Of a stretch of 64,000 nt of DNA, positions 49,382 to 60,519 are shown piece after piece. The notes beneath the pieces are model-generated. The model worked only from the letters and a program-made list of their open reading frames with translations. It made no database searches and was not told the origin of the DNA. The stretch comes from Nitrospirota bacterium (GTDB lineage Bacteria > Nitrospirota > UBA9217), in contig OY760142.1 of the NCBI GenBank assembly GCA_963663225.1, positions 2,304,001-2,368,000 on the forward strand, in the 5' to 3' direction. The first letter of the stretch is position 1. Each line of letters opens with the position of its first letter. A program made the position numbers and the translations under genes.

Positions 49382-51136
49382 ATGATTTGGGAAATTTATA
49401 AACGGCTGCTGACCTATTTGAAGCCTTACAAGATGCGTCTTGTCTGGGCGATGGTTTTTATGGTTCTTACAGGTATCCTGACAGCGGCGGAAGCTTATAT
49501 CGTGAAACCGGTCGTGGACAGGGTTTTCCTGGATATTAAGAATAATTTGTTTTTTTTGTATCTTCTGCCGCTGGCGATTATCCTTATCGTTGTTTTAAAG
49601 GGGGCAGCTGCATATGTCCGAGACTATCTGCTCGGTTATATTGGCCAGCGGATCGTAAATGACATACGAGATCAAGTCTATTCCCATTTGACTTCACTGT
49701 CTTTTTCTTTTTACACGCGAACCCCGACCGGAATCCTAATCTCCCGGATTATCAATGATGTGAACCTTGTCCAGGGGTCGCTGACCAGGGCGCCGTCCAG
49801 CGTGGTGCAGGGTGTGGTCACAATCGTGGCATTGAGCGGTTATATTATTTATACGGATTGGAAACTTGCCGCGCTTTCGGTGCTGGCCCTTCCCTTGCTT
49901 GGTGTCGTCTTTTCGAAATTCAGCAGACGGTTCAGGCGGGTAAGCACGCAGATGCAGGAGCAATACGGCGAGATCACCATGCATCTCCATGAAACCATTG
50001 CAGGCATGCGGATTGTAAAAGCGTTCGGCATGGAGGCATATGAAAACAAAAGGTTCGCCCAGAGAAACAAAGCCCTTTTTAATTCGCTTATGCGAGGTAT
50101 CAAGACCAGCGCACTATCGTCTCCCATGATGGAAACAATCAATATGACAAGCATCGCGCTGGTGATCCTCGTGGGCGGTATATGGATCAGCCAGGGCAGG
50201 TTGACCGTGGGAGAATTTTTTTCTTTCTTAACGGCCTTGTATTTAATGTATCGGCCTGTGAAAGATTTGAATAATGTCAATAATATCGTACAGGATGGTG
50301 TGGCTGCAGCGAAGCGCATTTTTGATGTTTTGGACACGAAATCGGAAATCACAGATCGGAACGACGCAGGAACTGCGCCACGTGATTTCAAGACAATTGA
50401 ATTCAGGGACCTTTCATTCAAGTATGAAGATGCCTTTGTGCTGAAAGGAATAAACTTCACAGTCAAAGCTGGTGAAACAATTGCAATTGTGGGCAAGAGC
50501 GGCGGAGGAAAAACCACATTTGTAAACCTTATTCCCCGTTTTTACGATGTTTCTGACGGGGCAATTCTTATTGATGGCCGGGATATTCGCAATGTCACGA
50601 TAAAGTCGCTTCGCTCTTTGATGGCAATCGTCACACAGCAAACGTTTCTGTTTAATGATTCAGTGAAGGAAAATATTTCTTATGGTAATCCGGAGATGCC
50701 TTTCTCTAAAGTGGTTGCCGCCGCACATGCAGCTCATGCGGATGGATTCATACAGTGCCTCCCAAAAGGATACGACACTGTTATCGGCGAATCGGGAATA
50801 AAGCTTTCCGGAGGGCAACGCCAGCGAGTTTCTATCGCGCGTGCACTCCTGAAGAATGCTCCGATTCTCATCCTGGACGAAGCAACGTCTTCTCTCGATA
50901 CGGAGTCAGAGCGTGAAGTGCAGAAAGCGCTCGATGTATTGATGAAGGGAAGGACCAGTTTTGTGATAGCCCATCGGTTATCAACGATTCTTAATGCGGA
51001 CCGGATTATTGTGCTCAAAGACGGCCGCATTGTTGAACAGGGAAAACACCAGGATTTGCTCGCACGGGACGGCGAATACAAAAACCTGTATGAACAGCAG
51101 TTTAGGGACGAATTGCAACCGAAGACAGAAGAGTAA
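49382..51136 (+). CDS. msbA: Lipid A flippase ABC transporter
   Basis: TM domain with Walker A GKSGGGKT, LSGGQ and LDEATS; within the lipid A operon. Confidence 0.92.
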   Translation: MIWEIYKRLLTYLKPYKMRLVWAMVFMVLTGILTAAEAYIVKPVVDRVFLDIKNNLFFLYLLPLAIILIVVLKGAAAYVRDYLLGYIGQRIVNDIRDQVYSHLTSLSFSFYTRTPTGILISRIINDVNLVQGSLTRAPSSVVQGVVTIVALSGYIIYTDWKLAALSVLALPLLGVVFSKFSRRFRRVSTQMQEQYGEITMHLHETIAGMRIVKAFGMEAYENKRFAQRNKALFNSLMRGIKTSALSSPMMETINMTSIALVILVGGIWISQGRLTVGEFFSFLTALYLMYRPVKDLNNVNNIVQDGVAAAKRIFDVLDTKSEITDRNDAGTAPRDFKTIEFRDLSFKYEDAFVLKGINFTVKAGETIAIVGKSGGGKTTFVNLIPRFYDVSDGAILIDGRDIRNVTIKSLRSLMAIVTQQTFLFNDSVKENISYGNPEMPFSKVVAAAHAAHADGFIQCLPKGYDTVIGESGIKLSGGQRQRVSIARALLKNAPILILDEATSSLDTESEREVQKALDVLMKGRTSFVIAHRLSTILNADRIIVLKDGRIVEQGKHQDLLARDGEYKNLYEQQFRDELQPKTEE

Positions 51137-51241
51137 AACGTATATATAGTTCCGGTATTTAAGCACGAAATATTTATGGAGGCTTCAAAGCTGAAAATGC
51201 TGCTTCCTGTATATTGAAATCCTGGATGTATGGAGCATGTT

Positions 51242-52504
51242 ATGTACATCATTTATAATTTATTTCTGATTATTGCGACGATATTGCTCTTTCCGCTGAT
51301 CCTTTTCAAGCTGATCACGGTTCCGAAATACCGGGGTGGAATCACCCAGAAATTCGGCAGACTGCGAAAGGGCGTCCTCAGAGTCACCAGAGGAACGCGC
51401 CCTATCTGGGTGCACGCCGTTTCTGTGGGAGAAGTAATGGCAGCCCATCCGCTCATCAGAGAGCTTAAGAAGAAATACCCGGGGCGTGCGTTGATTCTTT
51501 CGACGGTGACGGTCACGGGAAACTATACCGCCCGGCGCCGGGTTCCCGAGGCGGATGCTGTTTTTTTCTTTCCGTTTGACTATCCATGGGTCGTACGTCA
51601 TGTTATTCGCGGCATCAACCCTCAGGTGGTACTGGTTGCCGAAACAGAACTCTGGCCCAATTTTTTCCGGGAACTGAAAAAGGCGGGAATACCTTCAGCC
51701 GTGATAAACGGCAGGATTTCCCTGAAGTCCCACAGAAACTATCTGCGCTTCAGATCATTTTTCCGTCTTGTTTTCGAGAATGTGGACCTCTTTTGCATGC
51801 AATCCGATGCAGATGCACTGCGGATCAAAGAAATAGGGGCCGCCCCCGAAAAGGTTATTGTGACCGGAAATCTCAAATTTGACCAGAAAATATCAATGCC
51901 CCAATCTCTGCCCGCGCTCATTCCGCCGGGGAAAAAGGTCATCACCGCGGGCAGTACACACCGGGGAGAAGAAGAAATACTGCTGGAAATTTTTACACAG
52001 CTCAGGACAAAATATCCAGGGCTGCTGCTCATTCTGGCTCCGCGTCATCCTGAACGGTTTGATGAAGTTGCAGGACTCATCAGCAAGGCTGGCTACGAAT
52101 GCCAGCGCAGAACCGAATTAAGAGGGACGATTAAAGATGTTCTGCTGCTTGACACAATCGGTGAACTGAGAGCCTTTTACTCGATTTGCGACATTGCCTT
52201 TGTGGGTGGAAGTCTCGTCAAGGTAGGAGGGCATAACCTTCTCGAACCCGCAGCAATGAAAAAACCCGTGGTCTTCAGCCGTTATATGTTCAACTTCAAG
52301 GAAATATCAGAAGCATTGCTGTCAGCGGGCGGAGGTGTCATGGTACGGGATAAATGGGACCTCTTTTCTCAATTCGAAAAACTGTTATCTGATAAAGAAC
52401 TGGCAGCGCGCATGGGAGAACAGGCATTTCAGGTAATCGAAGCAAACTCAGGTGCGGCGAAAAAAACCATTGACGCAATCGGCAGGTTCCTTGTTGCTCA
52501 ATAA
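51242..52504 (+). CDS. waaA: Kdo transferase
   Basis: WVHAVSVGE, ETELWPN, APRHPERF and GGHNLLEP. Confidence 0.96.
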   Translation: MYIIYNLFLIIATILLFPLILFKLITVPKYRGGITQKFGRLRKGVLRVTRGTRPIWVHAVSVGEVMAAHPLIRELKKKYPGRALILSTVTVTGNYTARRRVPEADAVFFFPFDYPWVVRHVIRGINPQVVLVAETELWPNFFRELKKAGIPSAVINGRISLKSHRNYLRFRSFFRLVFENVDLFCMQSDADALRIKEIGAAPEKVIVTGNLKFDQKISMPQSLPALIPPGKKVITAGSTHRGEEEILLEIFTQLRTKYPGLLLILAPRHPERFDEVAGLISKAGYECQRRTELRGTIKDVLLLDTIGELRAFYSICDIAFVGGSLVKVGGHNLLEPAAMKKPVVFSRYMFNFKEISEALLSAGGGVMVRDKWDLFSQFEKLLSDKELAARMGEQAFQVIEANSGAAKKTIDAIGRFLVAQ

Positions 52505-53567
52505 ATCCTATTTTGAAGATCTGATGTACGGAAGAGCTGCATCTTGTTTCTGGGATCCTGTGCTGTGCGCACTGTCCCGGGGATACGGCATAGCCATCCG
52601 CATGCGGCGTGCGCTCTACTCGTTGCGGTTTTATCAATCCAAAGAACTTTCTCTTCCGGTCATCTCCGTCGGCAACATTACCCTTGGAGGCACCGGGAAA
52701 ACTCCGACCGTTATCGGCATTGGTACGCTCCTCCTTCAGAAAGGAAAACGCCCTGCGGTCATTAGCAGGGGCTACGGCAGAACAAGTGAAGGCGATGCCT
52801 TGGTTGTATCCGACGGACGGACGGTTCTTGTGGATGCGCAGACCGGCGGGGATGAACCTGTTCTTATCGGCTCAAAGCTGCGGGGTGCTCCCGTCGTTGT
52901 GGGGAAAAGCAAGTACCACGCCGCTCTGAACGCGGTGCACCTGTTCGATCCGGATGTGCTGATACTGGACGACGGATATCAGCATATACGACTGAAAAGA
53001 ACACTTGACATAGTGCTTGTTGACGCTGAAAATCCTTTCGGAAATGGCAGGCTGTTTCCTGCCGGGATATTGCGGGAACCAGTGTCCGCCCTCAGCCGCG
53101 CCCATGCCGTGTTGATTACCAAGGGCGAGCGAACCGAGGATGTGGAACGGTTAAAAAAAATCATCGCACAACTGACAAAAGCCCGGATTTTTTCTTCTCA
53201 GTTTCTCCCGATTGATGTAATAGACTGCTGCAGTGGCGAGCGGCAACCCTTATCCTTCCTGCAGGGCGCCAGAGTGCTTATGCTTGCGGGTATTGCGCGA
53301 CCGGCGTCCTTGGCCGCTCTCCTGAAATCGCTGGATGCATCTGTCGTTGCTGAAAGCATCTATCCGGATCACTATGTGTACGAAAAATCCGACCTTGCGG
53401 TGTGCTATAAAAAAGCAATTGCTGAGAATGCCGATATTATTATTACCACTGAAAAAGACGCTGTGCGACTGAAACCGCTCAAACCCCAGGGAGTATATGC
53501 ACTCAGTATAGAATTATCAGTGCATGAGCGGGAAGAGTGGAACGCATTCATTCTCGCGCACGTCTGA
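52491..53567 (+). CDS. lpxK: Tetraacyldisaccharide 4'-kinase (start uncertain)
   Basis: SVGNITLGGTGKTP, SRGYG, LDDGYQH and TTEKDAV. Confidence 0.95.
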   Translation: MLLNKSYFEDLMYGRAASCFWDPVLCALSRGYGIAIRMRRALYSLRFYQSKELSLPVISVGNITLGGTGKTPTVIGIGTLLLQKGKRPAVISRGYGRTSEGDALVVSDGRTVLVDAQTGGDEPVLIGSKLRGAPVVVGKSKYHAALNAVHLFDPDVLILDDGYQHIRLKRTLDIVLVDAENPFGNGRLFPAGILREPVSALSRAHAVLITKGERTEDVERLKKIIAQLTKARIFSSQFLPIDVIDCCSGERQPLSFLQGARVLMLAGIARPASLAALLKSLDASVVAESIYPDHYVYEKSDLAVCYKKAIAENADIIITTEKDAVRLKPLKPQGVYALSIELSVHEREEWNAFILAHV

Positions 53568-53622
53568 CAGCAGTCAGAGCACAGGCTCAACGCATACGCT
53601 TCACAGAACAAGGGTATGTCAT

Positions 53623-54204
53623 ATGAATAAAGCCGTTTTTCTCGACAGAGATGGAACTATTAATGAGGAAGTGGGGTACATCACCGACCTGAATAAACTT
53701 CGGCTGATTCCCGGCGCCGCTGCAGCAATCAGAAAGTTAAATGAGGCCGGTTTTAAAGTCGTCGTGGTTACAAACCAGGCGGGAGTTGCCCGCGGTCATT
53801 TTACCGAACCGTTTATTTTGGAAACACACAGACTTTTTTTAGCAATGCTTCGTGCAGAAGATGCCCGTATCGACGGAATCTATTACTGTCCGCACCATCC
53901 TACGATAGGGAATACCTCGTACACGATCGACTGTGACTGCCGGAAGCCGAAAACAGGGATGATAGACCGGGCGGCACGGGACCTTCATATCAACGTCAAC
54001 ACATCGTATATGGTGGGAGACAAGTGGAGTGATATCGAAATGGGCCAGCGAGCAGGTGCTCATACTGTTCTGGTGAGAACCGGTTTCGGATCCGATGAAC
54101 AGAATAATGACAGGCCTTCTACGGTGGCAGAACCTGATTTTATTTCCCGGGATATATCGGAAGCAGTTGAATGGATACTGCGCCACACATTGAATAATAC
54201 ATGA
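53623..54204 (+). CDS. gmhB: Heptose 1,7-bisphosphate phosphatase
   Basis: FLDRDGTIN, TNQAG and CPHHP..CDCRKP. Confidence 0.93.
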   Translation: MNKAVFLDRDGTINEEVGYITDLNKLRLIPGAAAAIRKLNEAGFKVVVVTNQAGVARGHFTEPFILETHRLFLAMLRAEDARIDGIYYCPHHPTIGNTSYTIDCDCRKPKTGMIDRAARDLHINVNTSYMVGDKWSDIEMGQRAGAHTVLVRTGFGSDEQNNDRPSTVAEPDFISRDISEAVEWILRHTLNNT

Positions 54205-55271
54205 TGGGACAAACGCCTGAAAAAATTCTTGTGATGCGATATCGCTTTATCGGAGATACGCTCCTCACAATTCCATTTCTTCGAAATTTACGCAGAGCAA
54301 AACCTAACGCGTACATTGCGTGGATGGTGGCGCCTCTGTCGTCCGATGTGGTGAAAAACAATCCCTATGTAGATGAATTGATTTACTGGGACCCGGTAAC
54401 GATTCACGCTGACAGCAAAGGGACTCATCGTTCTTTTTTTTCCAAAGTGCAGTTTGTAAAAAGATTGCGTGCAAAACAGTTTGACACGGTCTATGTGCTA
54501 AAACGGTCTCTTTCCAGCGCGATCCTGGCATTGTTGAGCGGGGCGCCGAAACGAATCGGGTTCGACACGGAAGGCAGGGGAATCCTTTTAACCATTAAGG
54601 TCCCGTATCGTAATGACATTCACGAAGTAGAAAATTTTTTGTCGGTTTTACGGGCTGACGCCGTACCGGTTATGGATGATTACCTCGAACTCTGGACCCG
54701 GCCGGAAGATGACGCTGCGGTTGATCAGCTTTTATCAGAGGCAGGGATTGAAGCAGGCAGACCCATCGTAGCGCTCCATCCGTTTTCCGCGGTCGTTGAA
54801 CGGGGATGGCCGCTGCAGAATTTTGCAGAGCTTGGCGTACGTCTTTCCGAGTACGGCTACTCTCCCGTGGTTCTTGGCGGAAACAAAGACACCGAGGCGT
54901 TTCGAAGCGCAGCACATCTTTTTTCGAAGCAGACTGTCAGTCTGGTGGGAAAACTTTCCATTCTGCAGACCGCTTCCCTGTTGAGGAAAGCTTCACTTTT
55001 TGTCGGCAACGACAGCGGTATCATGCATCTGGCGGCCGCGGCGGGAGCGCCGCTTGTGGCGATTTTTGGTCCGCAGTCTCCTGGCAAATTTGGCCCCTGG
55101 AGTTCGCAAGCCACGTTATTGTATAAAAAATTTCCGTGCTCACCCTGCAGGCAAAAATTTTTCACTGAATGTGCACCCTCTCCCAGAAAGAGGCCTGCAT
55201 GTGTGGAAACAATTACCGTGGACGAGACACTGCAGGCGTGCATAAACCGGCTCTCATCTGCGCGGCCATGA
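54201..55271 (+). CDS. LPS heptosyltransferase (GT9, WaaF-like)
   Basis: IGDTLL, NPYVD and GNDSGIMHLAAA...IFGP. Confidence 0.9.
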   Translation: MMGQTPEKILVMRYRFIGDTLLTIPFLRNLRRAKPNAYIAWMVAPLSSDVVKNNPYVDELIYWDPVTIHADSKGTHRSFFSKVQFVKRLRAKQFDTVYVLKRSLSSAILALLSGAPKRIGFDTEGRGILLTIKVPYRNDIHEVENFLSVLRADAVPVMDDYLELWTRPEDDAAVDQLLSEAGIEAGRPIVALHPFSAVVERGWPLQNFAELGVRLSEYGYSPVVLGGNKDTEAFRSAAHLFSKQTVSLVGKLSILQTASLLRKASLFVGNDSGIMHLAAAAGAPLVAIFGPQSPGKFGPWSSQATLLYKKFPCSPCRQKFFTECAPSPRKRPACVETITVDETLQACINRLSSARP

Positions 55272-55343
55272 TATCCGGGATTTGATTGCCTCGTAAGTAA
55301 TCAGACGGGGCGTTCACAATCCAGATTCTCCAGAAGGATTGCT

Positions 55344-56117
55344 ATGCGTCAGAAAATATCAGTTGTCATTATCACGCTAAACGAAGAGCGGAACATCAAG
55401 CGCACCCTCGAAAGCGTTGCCTGGTCAGACGAAATCATTATCGTCGACTCCGGCAGTTCCGACAAAACGATTTCGATCTGCCGTGAGTACACAGATAGTG
55501 TTTTTCATCAAGAATGGCTTGGCTTTGCGGAACAAAAAAATTTCGCCATTGGAAAAGCAACCGGTGACTGGGTGTTGAGCCTGGATGCTGACGAACCGGT
55601 AGAGCCCGCACTGGCGGATGAAATACGTTCACTTATTTCCGAAACAAACTCCTGTGACGGCTACCGGATTCCGAGGAGAACTTTTTTTCTCGGAAAAGAA
55701 ATCAAACACGGAGGCTGGTACCCTGATTACAATTTAAGACTTTTTCGGACTGGAAAAGGTTGTTTTGAAGAACGTGCCGTGCATGAGGCAATGCGGATTC
55801 AAGGTCGTCTCGGCACCACGCGCCACGCGATACTGCATTATGCCTATCCCGATCTCGCATCATATGTATCGTCAATGAACAAATACTCAACTCTGGCCGT
55901 GGAAGTTATGGAAACAAAAGGGATCGGTTTTTTCAGGCAGAGTTGGATGAACATTGTTTTCCGACCGTTTTTCACATTCGTTCATAAGTATATTTTCAGA
56001 TTCGGATTTCTTGATGGAAAACATGGATTGATCCTCAATATATTCCACGCGTATTATGTCTTTACCAAATACGCAAAAGCGTGGGAACATTCGAACCGGA
56101 GACATATTGAAGGCTAA
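55344..56117 (+). CDS. GT2 LPS core glucosyltransferase (WaaE/KdtX-like)
   Basis: VDSGSSD, LDADE, GGWYPD, VHE and GFLDG. Confidence 0.9.
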   Translation: MRQKISVVIITLNEERNIKRTLESVAWSDEIIIVDSGSSDKTISICREYTDSVFHQEWLGFAEQKNFAIGKATGDWVLSLDADEPVEPALADEIRSLISETNSCDGYRIPRRTFFLGKEIKHGGWYPDYNLRLFRTGKGCFEERAVHEAMRIQGRLGTTRHAILHYAYPDLASYVSSMNKYSTLAVEVMETKGIGFFRQSWMNIVFRPFFTFVHKYIFRFGFLDGKHGLILNIFHAYYVFTKYAKAWEHSNRRHIEG

Positions 56118-56120
56118 ACG

Positions 56121-57212
56121 ATGAAGATCCTTTTTGTGAATAATTCTAGGGGAAGAGGCGGGGGCGAAGAGTTTTTACGGGATCTTCTGCCAGGGCTCAT
56201 TGAAGCAGGAGCAACCGTCGGGCTTATTTGCCGTCCGAACACCCCCTTGACCGAAATGTTTTTAAAATCAAAGGTTGCCGTCCACACGGTCGACCGTTCG
56301 GGTCTTGCTGCCCTTCTGTCAATCGTGAGGATCTCCCGGATTATTCGGAAAAACGATTATACCATTATAAGCATCCAGCGGGGGCACGATATTCTGCAGT
56401 CATGGGCTGCGGCGCATGCATCGTTCCGGAACCCGGCCCTGATTTACACGGTGCAGGTGCCGGAATTTTTGAAGTCGCGTTTTCTTCTCCAACGAATGGA
56501 TGCTGTCACGACTATCTCACGATATATTGCTGAAAAATTGAGGCATTTTGCACCAGCGATTTCACAAATACTTGCCATTCTTTACTATGGAATTGATGTC
56601 AATAAATTTTCACAAATTCACATTACTCGAGGATGGTTGAGAGATCGTTTCAATCTAGAACGAAACGTCAAAATTATCGCGACAGTCGGCGACCTATGGA
56701 AAAACCAGATAGAATTCTTGGACTCCCTGGCGATCATCAGACGAACCTTACCAGGCACATTATTTGCCTTGGTTGGTGAAAAGTCTGATTCCAAAGAAGT
56801 AGCAATGTTCAAACGTAAGGCAGATGAACTTGGGGTGGCAGACGCGATATTATGGGTGGGAAGACTGTCAAAAGACGATATGATGCAATTCTATGCAGAT
56901 GTCGATGTGGCGGTCAGCACTCATCGGAATGAAGGGTTCGGGATCTGGGTACTGGAAACCCTTGCAATGGGAACTCCGGTTGTTTCGGTGAACGCCGGCG
57001 GAATCAGAGATTCCCTGAAGGATTGCCCTGCAGGTCTCTTGGTGGACGGCGGTCCGGCAGAGATGTCCGAAGCGTTAGTCAGAATTTTGACCGATGATAC
57101 CTTACGGAAGAATATGGCAGCTGCCGGACCCCGTTGGGTGGCGGAACGATTCAAGAAGGAACGCATGATAAATGATTATTACCGTTTTTTTAAACACGTC
57201 GAAAAGAAATAA
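56121..57212 (+). CDS. GT4 glycosyltransferase
   Basis: GGGE and EGFGIWVLETLAMGTPV. Confidence 0.88.
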   Translation: MKILFVNNSRGRGGGEEFLRDLLPGLIEAGATVGLICRPNTPLTEMFLKSKVAVHTVDRSGLAALLSIVRISRIIRKNDYTIISIQRGHDILQSWAAAHASFRNPALIYTVQVPEFLKSRFLLQRMDAVTTISRYIAEKLRHFAPAISQILAILYYGIDVNKFSQIHITRGWLRDRFNLERNVKIIATVGDLWKNQIEFLDSLAIIRRTLPGTLFALVGEKSDSKEVAMFKRKADELGVADAILWVGRLSKDDMMQFYADVDVAVSTHRNEGFGIWVLETLAMGTPVVSVNAGGIRDSLKDCPAGLLVDGGPAEMSEALVRILTDDTLRKNMAAAGPRWVAERFKKERMINDYYRFFKHVEKK

Positions 57213-57248
57213 AAACCAAGTTCGTATCACCGGGTGTGCATATTTTCT

Positions 57249-58349
57249 ATGAATATTCTTCTGATCATTTCAAAAAATGATAAATATGGAGCTCAGAGAG
57301 TTTTTCTCGAGCAGGTGATGGCGTTGCACCAGATGAAACACTCCCTGATTATTGTAGGACGCGGTGATATAGGATATATTCCTGATGGGGTACGGGCGTT
57401 GGGTTTGCAATATTACAGCACTCCAATGAAGGGAATAAACGACCTTCTGTTTTTACGCCGGCTTGTAAAGCAGAACAATATCCATATTATACATACAGCG
57501 CTTGACAGGGCTGATTATTTCGGATTGATTCTTTCGAAGCTGACAGGGCGTCCAGTTATCAGCACCATGAATGTACGAAGGTATCATATTGGGTATCGTT
57601 TTGCAGATAGAGTCGTCACTGTGTCGAATACACAAAAAGGCCTGTTGCTTAAGCATGGCGTGCAGACACAAAAAATAAGAGTAATCCGGCCTGGAATTGA
57701 TGTAGAACGGTATTCAAGTCCTGTTCCTGAAAAACAGAAAGATTGGAAACAGAAGCTTAATACCGAACAATACAGCATTGTTTTCATCCACATATCGAGC
57801 GTCATACCTCAAAAAAGCCATGGGGTGTCCATTGAACTCGTGGAAGAATGCAAAAAAAGAGGAGAGACTCCGCTCTTGATTATTGCTGGAGATCCGCTTC
57901 AGGGTGATTATTATGATTCTCTCATCGCTAAAATTAACATCAGCGGGCTGGGGAAAAATGTTTTTTTTACCGGCTGGACGTCAGACCTGCCGGAATTGCT
58001 TTCCTTGAGCCATTTTACGCTTCTTCCTTCTGTTCATGAGGCTTTTGGGATGGTGCTGCTGGAGGGAATGGCGGCAGGAACTCCCATTATTGCGAGAGAA
58101 GGCGAGGGAGGGGCTGAATTGATTGAAGAATATGGTACCGGATTCCTTTATAGCCCGACTTTCAGTGTATCGACTTTAGCGAAGCAATTGCTGACTCTCC
58201 GGCATGACAGCCGATCCTATAAAGTCCTATCGGATCGGTGCAGAGAACTTGCGAAACGGGAGTTTTCTACAGCACAGTTTGGAAAACAACTTGTAGACGT
58301 GTACAATTCCCTTCTTCCTGGTAGTTGTCAGAACAAAAAACCGGTCTAA
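57249..58349 (+). CDS. GT4 glycosyltransferase
   Basis: YGAQR and EAFGMVLLEGMAAGTP. Confidence 0.88.
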   Translation: MNILLIISKNDKYGAQRVFLEQVMALHQMKHSLIIVGRGDIGYIPDGVRALGLQYYSTPMKGINDLLFLRRLVKQNNIHIIHTALDRADYFGLILSKLTGRPVISTMNVRRYHIGYRFADRVVTVSNTQKGLLLKHGVQTQKIRVIRPGIDVERYSSPVPEKQKDWKQKLNTEQYSIVFIHISSVIPQKSHGVSIELVEECKKRGETPLLIIAGDPLQGDYYDSLIAKINISGLGKNVFFTGWTSDLPELLSLSHFTLLPSVHEAFGMVLLEGMAAGTPIIAREGEGGAELIEEYGTGFLYSPTFSVSTLAKQLLTLRHDSRSYKVLSDRCRELAKREFSTAQFGKQLVDVYNSLLPGSCQNKKPV

Positions 58350-58501
58350 TATCCAGGAAGATTCCAGAGGCTGTCGGGTTTATATTATAGACTTTACAAT
58401 TATTTAAAAAAAATGTAATCTGCCATTTTGAACATTTGACATCGTTGATGCAGATATCGACAACACTGCATGCGGGTAACCAATCCGCCAGAGGTGGTAC
58501 T

Positions 58502-59272
58502 ATGAAAGTTGTAATTTTAGCAGGAGGACTTGGTACAAGGATTAGCGAAGAAACAGTCGTTCGACCCAAACCCATGGTTGAAATTGGCGGTAAACCGATT
58601 CTCTGGCATATCATGAAAATATATTCACACTTTGGTTTTAATGAGTTTGTTATCTGTCTCGGTTTCAAAGGCTACATGATAAAAGAGTATTTTTCCAATT
58701 ATTTTTTGCATATGAGCGACATCACGTTTGACATGTGCAAAAACTCCATGCAGGTGCATCAACAATACGCCGAACCGTGGAAAGTAACGCTCGTGGACAC
58801 GGGCGAAGAAACGATGACGGGTGGCAGATTAAAACGGGTTGCCGACTATGTTGGCAAAGAAACCTTTATGATGACATACGGCGACGGTGTTGGAAATGTG
58901 AATATTCAGGATTTGTTTTCATTTCATAAAAAACACAACAGGTATGCGACGATGACATCGGTTCAGCCTTCTGGAAGATTCGGGGCGATGAACATAGATG
59001 GAAACAGCGCAGTGGTCTCTTTTCAGGAAAAACCAAAAGGAGACGGTTCCTGGATCAATGGTGGTTTCTTTATGCTCGAGCCGCACGTGATCGACTACAT
59101 AAAATCCGATGAAACTATTTGGGAGCGCGAACCACTGGAGAATCTGGTAAAAGACCATCAGTTGATGGCATATAAACATAATGGATTTTGGCAACCCATG
59201 GATACGCTCAGGGACAAGAATCAACTCGAAAATCTTTGGAAGTCTGGCAATGCACCGTGGAAGGTATGGTGA
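58502..59272 (+). CDS. rfbF: Glucose-1-phosphate cytidylyltransferase
   Basis: [28 protein letters not shown] and [11 protein letters not shown]. Confidence 0.97.
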   Translation: MKVVILAGGLGTRISEETVVRPKPMVEIGGKPILWHIMKIYSHFGFNEFVICLGFKGYMIKEYFSNYFLHMSDITFDMCKNSMQVHQQYAEPWKVTLVDTGEETMTGGRLKRVADYVGKETFMMTYGDGVGNVNIQDLFSFHKKHNRYATMTSVQPSGRFGAMNIDGNSAVVSFQEKPKGDGSWINGGFFMLEPHVIDYIKSDETIWEREPLENLVKDHQLMAYKHNGFWQPMDTLRDKNQLENLWKSGNAPWKVW

Positions 59273-59400
59273 TTCTCGTTAAGATAACCGATCAGATGTC
59301 ACAATAGTTCTTATGACGACGCTGTTTCTGTACTTTTGTTAAAGTGCGGTAGGCAAAGTTCACTTTTGGAATTAAAAGTGGTTTCATAACAGGCATATCA

Positions 59401-60519
59401 ATGAAAGATAATATAAAAAAACACGGAAATTTGGAAAATTCTTTCGAAGGTTTTTTTAAAGACAAGCGCGTTTTTATTACCGGGCATACCGGTTTTAAGG
59501 GTTCCTGGCTTTGTCTGTGGCTGTCCGCGCTTGGCGCGGAAGTCAACGGTTATGCCCTGAATCCGCCAACGGATCCAAGTCTGTTCGAGCTTGCAGACAT
59601 CAAAAAACTCGTTTTCTCAACAATCGCCGATGTGAGGGACAATGCTGCACTAACAAAAACGATGCTTGCCGTCCGTCCTGAGATTGTCATCCATATGGCG
59701 GCGCAGCCGCTCGTACGTGATTCCTATAAAATACCGGCAGAGACGTATTCCGTCAATGTCATGGGTACGGTGAATTTGTTCGAATCCGTGCGCCAGTGTG
59801 ATACCGTAAGAGCAGTACTGAATGTAACAACAGATAAATGTTATGAGAATAAAGAATGGGTGTGGGGTTACAGGGAGAACGAACCGCTTGGGGGATACGA
59901 TCCCTATTCAAACAGCAAGGCCTGTTCGGAACTGGTAACGTCGGCCTACCGAAACTCATATTTCAACCCAAAAGACTATGCGTCACACGGTGTGACGATC
60001 GCGTCGGCCAGAGCCGGAAATGTCATCGGCGGTGGTGACTGGGCCACGGACAGATTGGTGCCCGATTGCATCAGGGCTCTTTTGAAAAAAGAAAAAATTC
60101 TGATCAGAAACCCACAGGCGATTCGTCCATGGCAGCATGTGCTCGAGCCACTGAACGGATATCTCATGCTGGCAAAAAAAATGTGTGAAGATGGACCGCG
60201 CTACGCAAAACCCTGGAACTTTGGTCCTGATGATGCCGATGCGAAGCCGGTCGAATGGCTGGTTAAGCAGTTGTGTGTGGCATGGGGTGAGGGAGCTTCC
60301 TATACGATTGACGCCGCTGCGCACCCCCATGAAGCTCACTACCTGAAGCTCGACTGCTCCCAGGCTATGAATGAACTGGACTGGCATCCCAAGTGGAATT
60401 TGGAAACAACGATAAGCAGCATTCTCGACTGGACACAAGAATATCGAAATCATCGCGATATTAAAAGCATTTGTTTAAAACAAATTGAAAAATATCTTAC
60501 ACAAGAGGATGCTGCATGA
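59401..60519 (+). CDS. rfbG: CDP-glucose 4,6-dehydratase
   Basis: [23 protein letters not shown] and [11 protein letters not shown]. Confidence 0.97.
   Translation: MKDNIKKHGNLENSFEGFFKDKRVFITGHTGFKGSWLCLWLSALGAEVNGYALNPPTDPSLFELADIKKLVFSTIADVRDNAALTKTMLAVRPEIVIHMAAQPLVRDSYKIPAETYSVNVMGTVNLFESVRQCDTVRAVLNVTTDKCYENKEWVWGYRENEPLGGYDPYSNSKACSELVTSAYRNSYFNPKDYASHGVTIASARAGNVIGGGDWATDRLVPDCIRALLKKEKILIRNPQAIRPWQHVLEPLNGYLMLAKKMCEDGPRYAKPWNFGPDDADAKPVEWLVKQLCVAWGEGASYTIDAAAHPHEAHYLKLDCSQAMNELDWHPKWNLETTISSILDWTQEYRNHRDIKSICLKQIEKYLTQEDAA

Noticed and set aside
42611-51252. Long minus-strand ORFs opposite the lpx and msbA genes
   Set aside because: Antisense shadows of well-supported genes
59345-59356. 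GCGGTAGG as a possible ops/JUMPstart element
   Set aside because: Partial match only, located between rfbF and rfbG rather than in the operon leader
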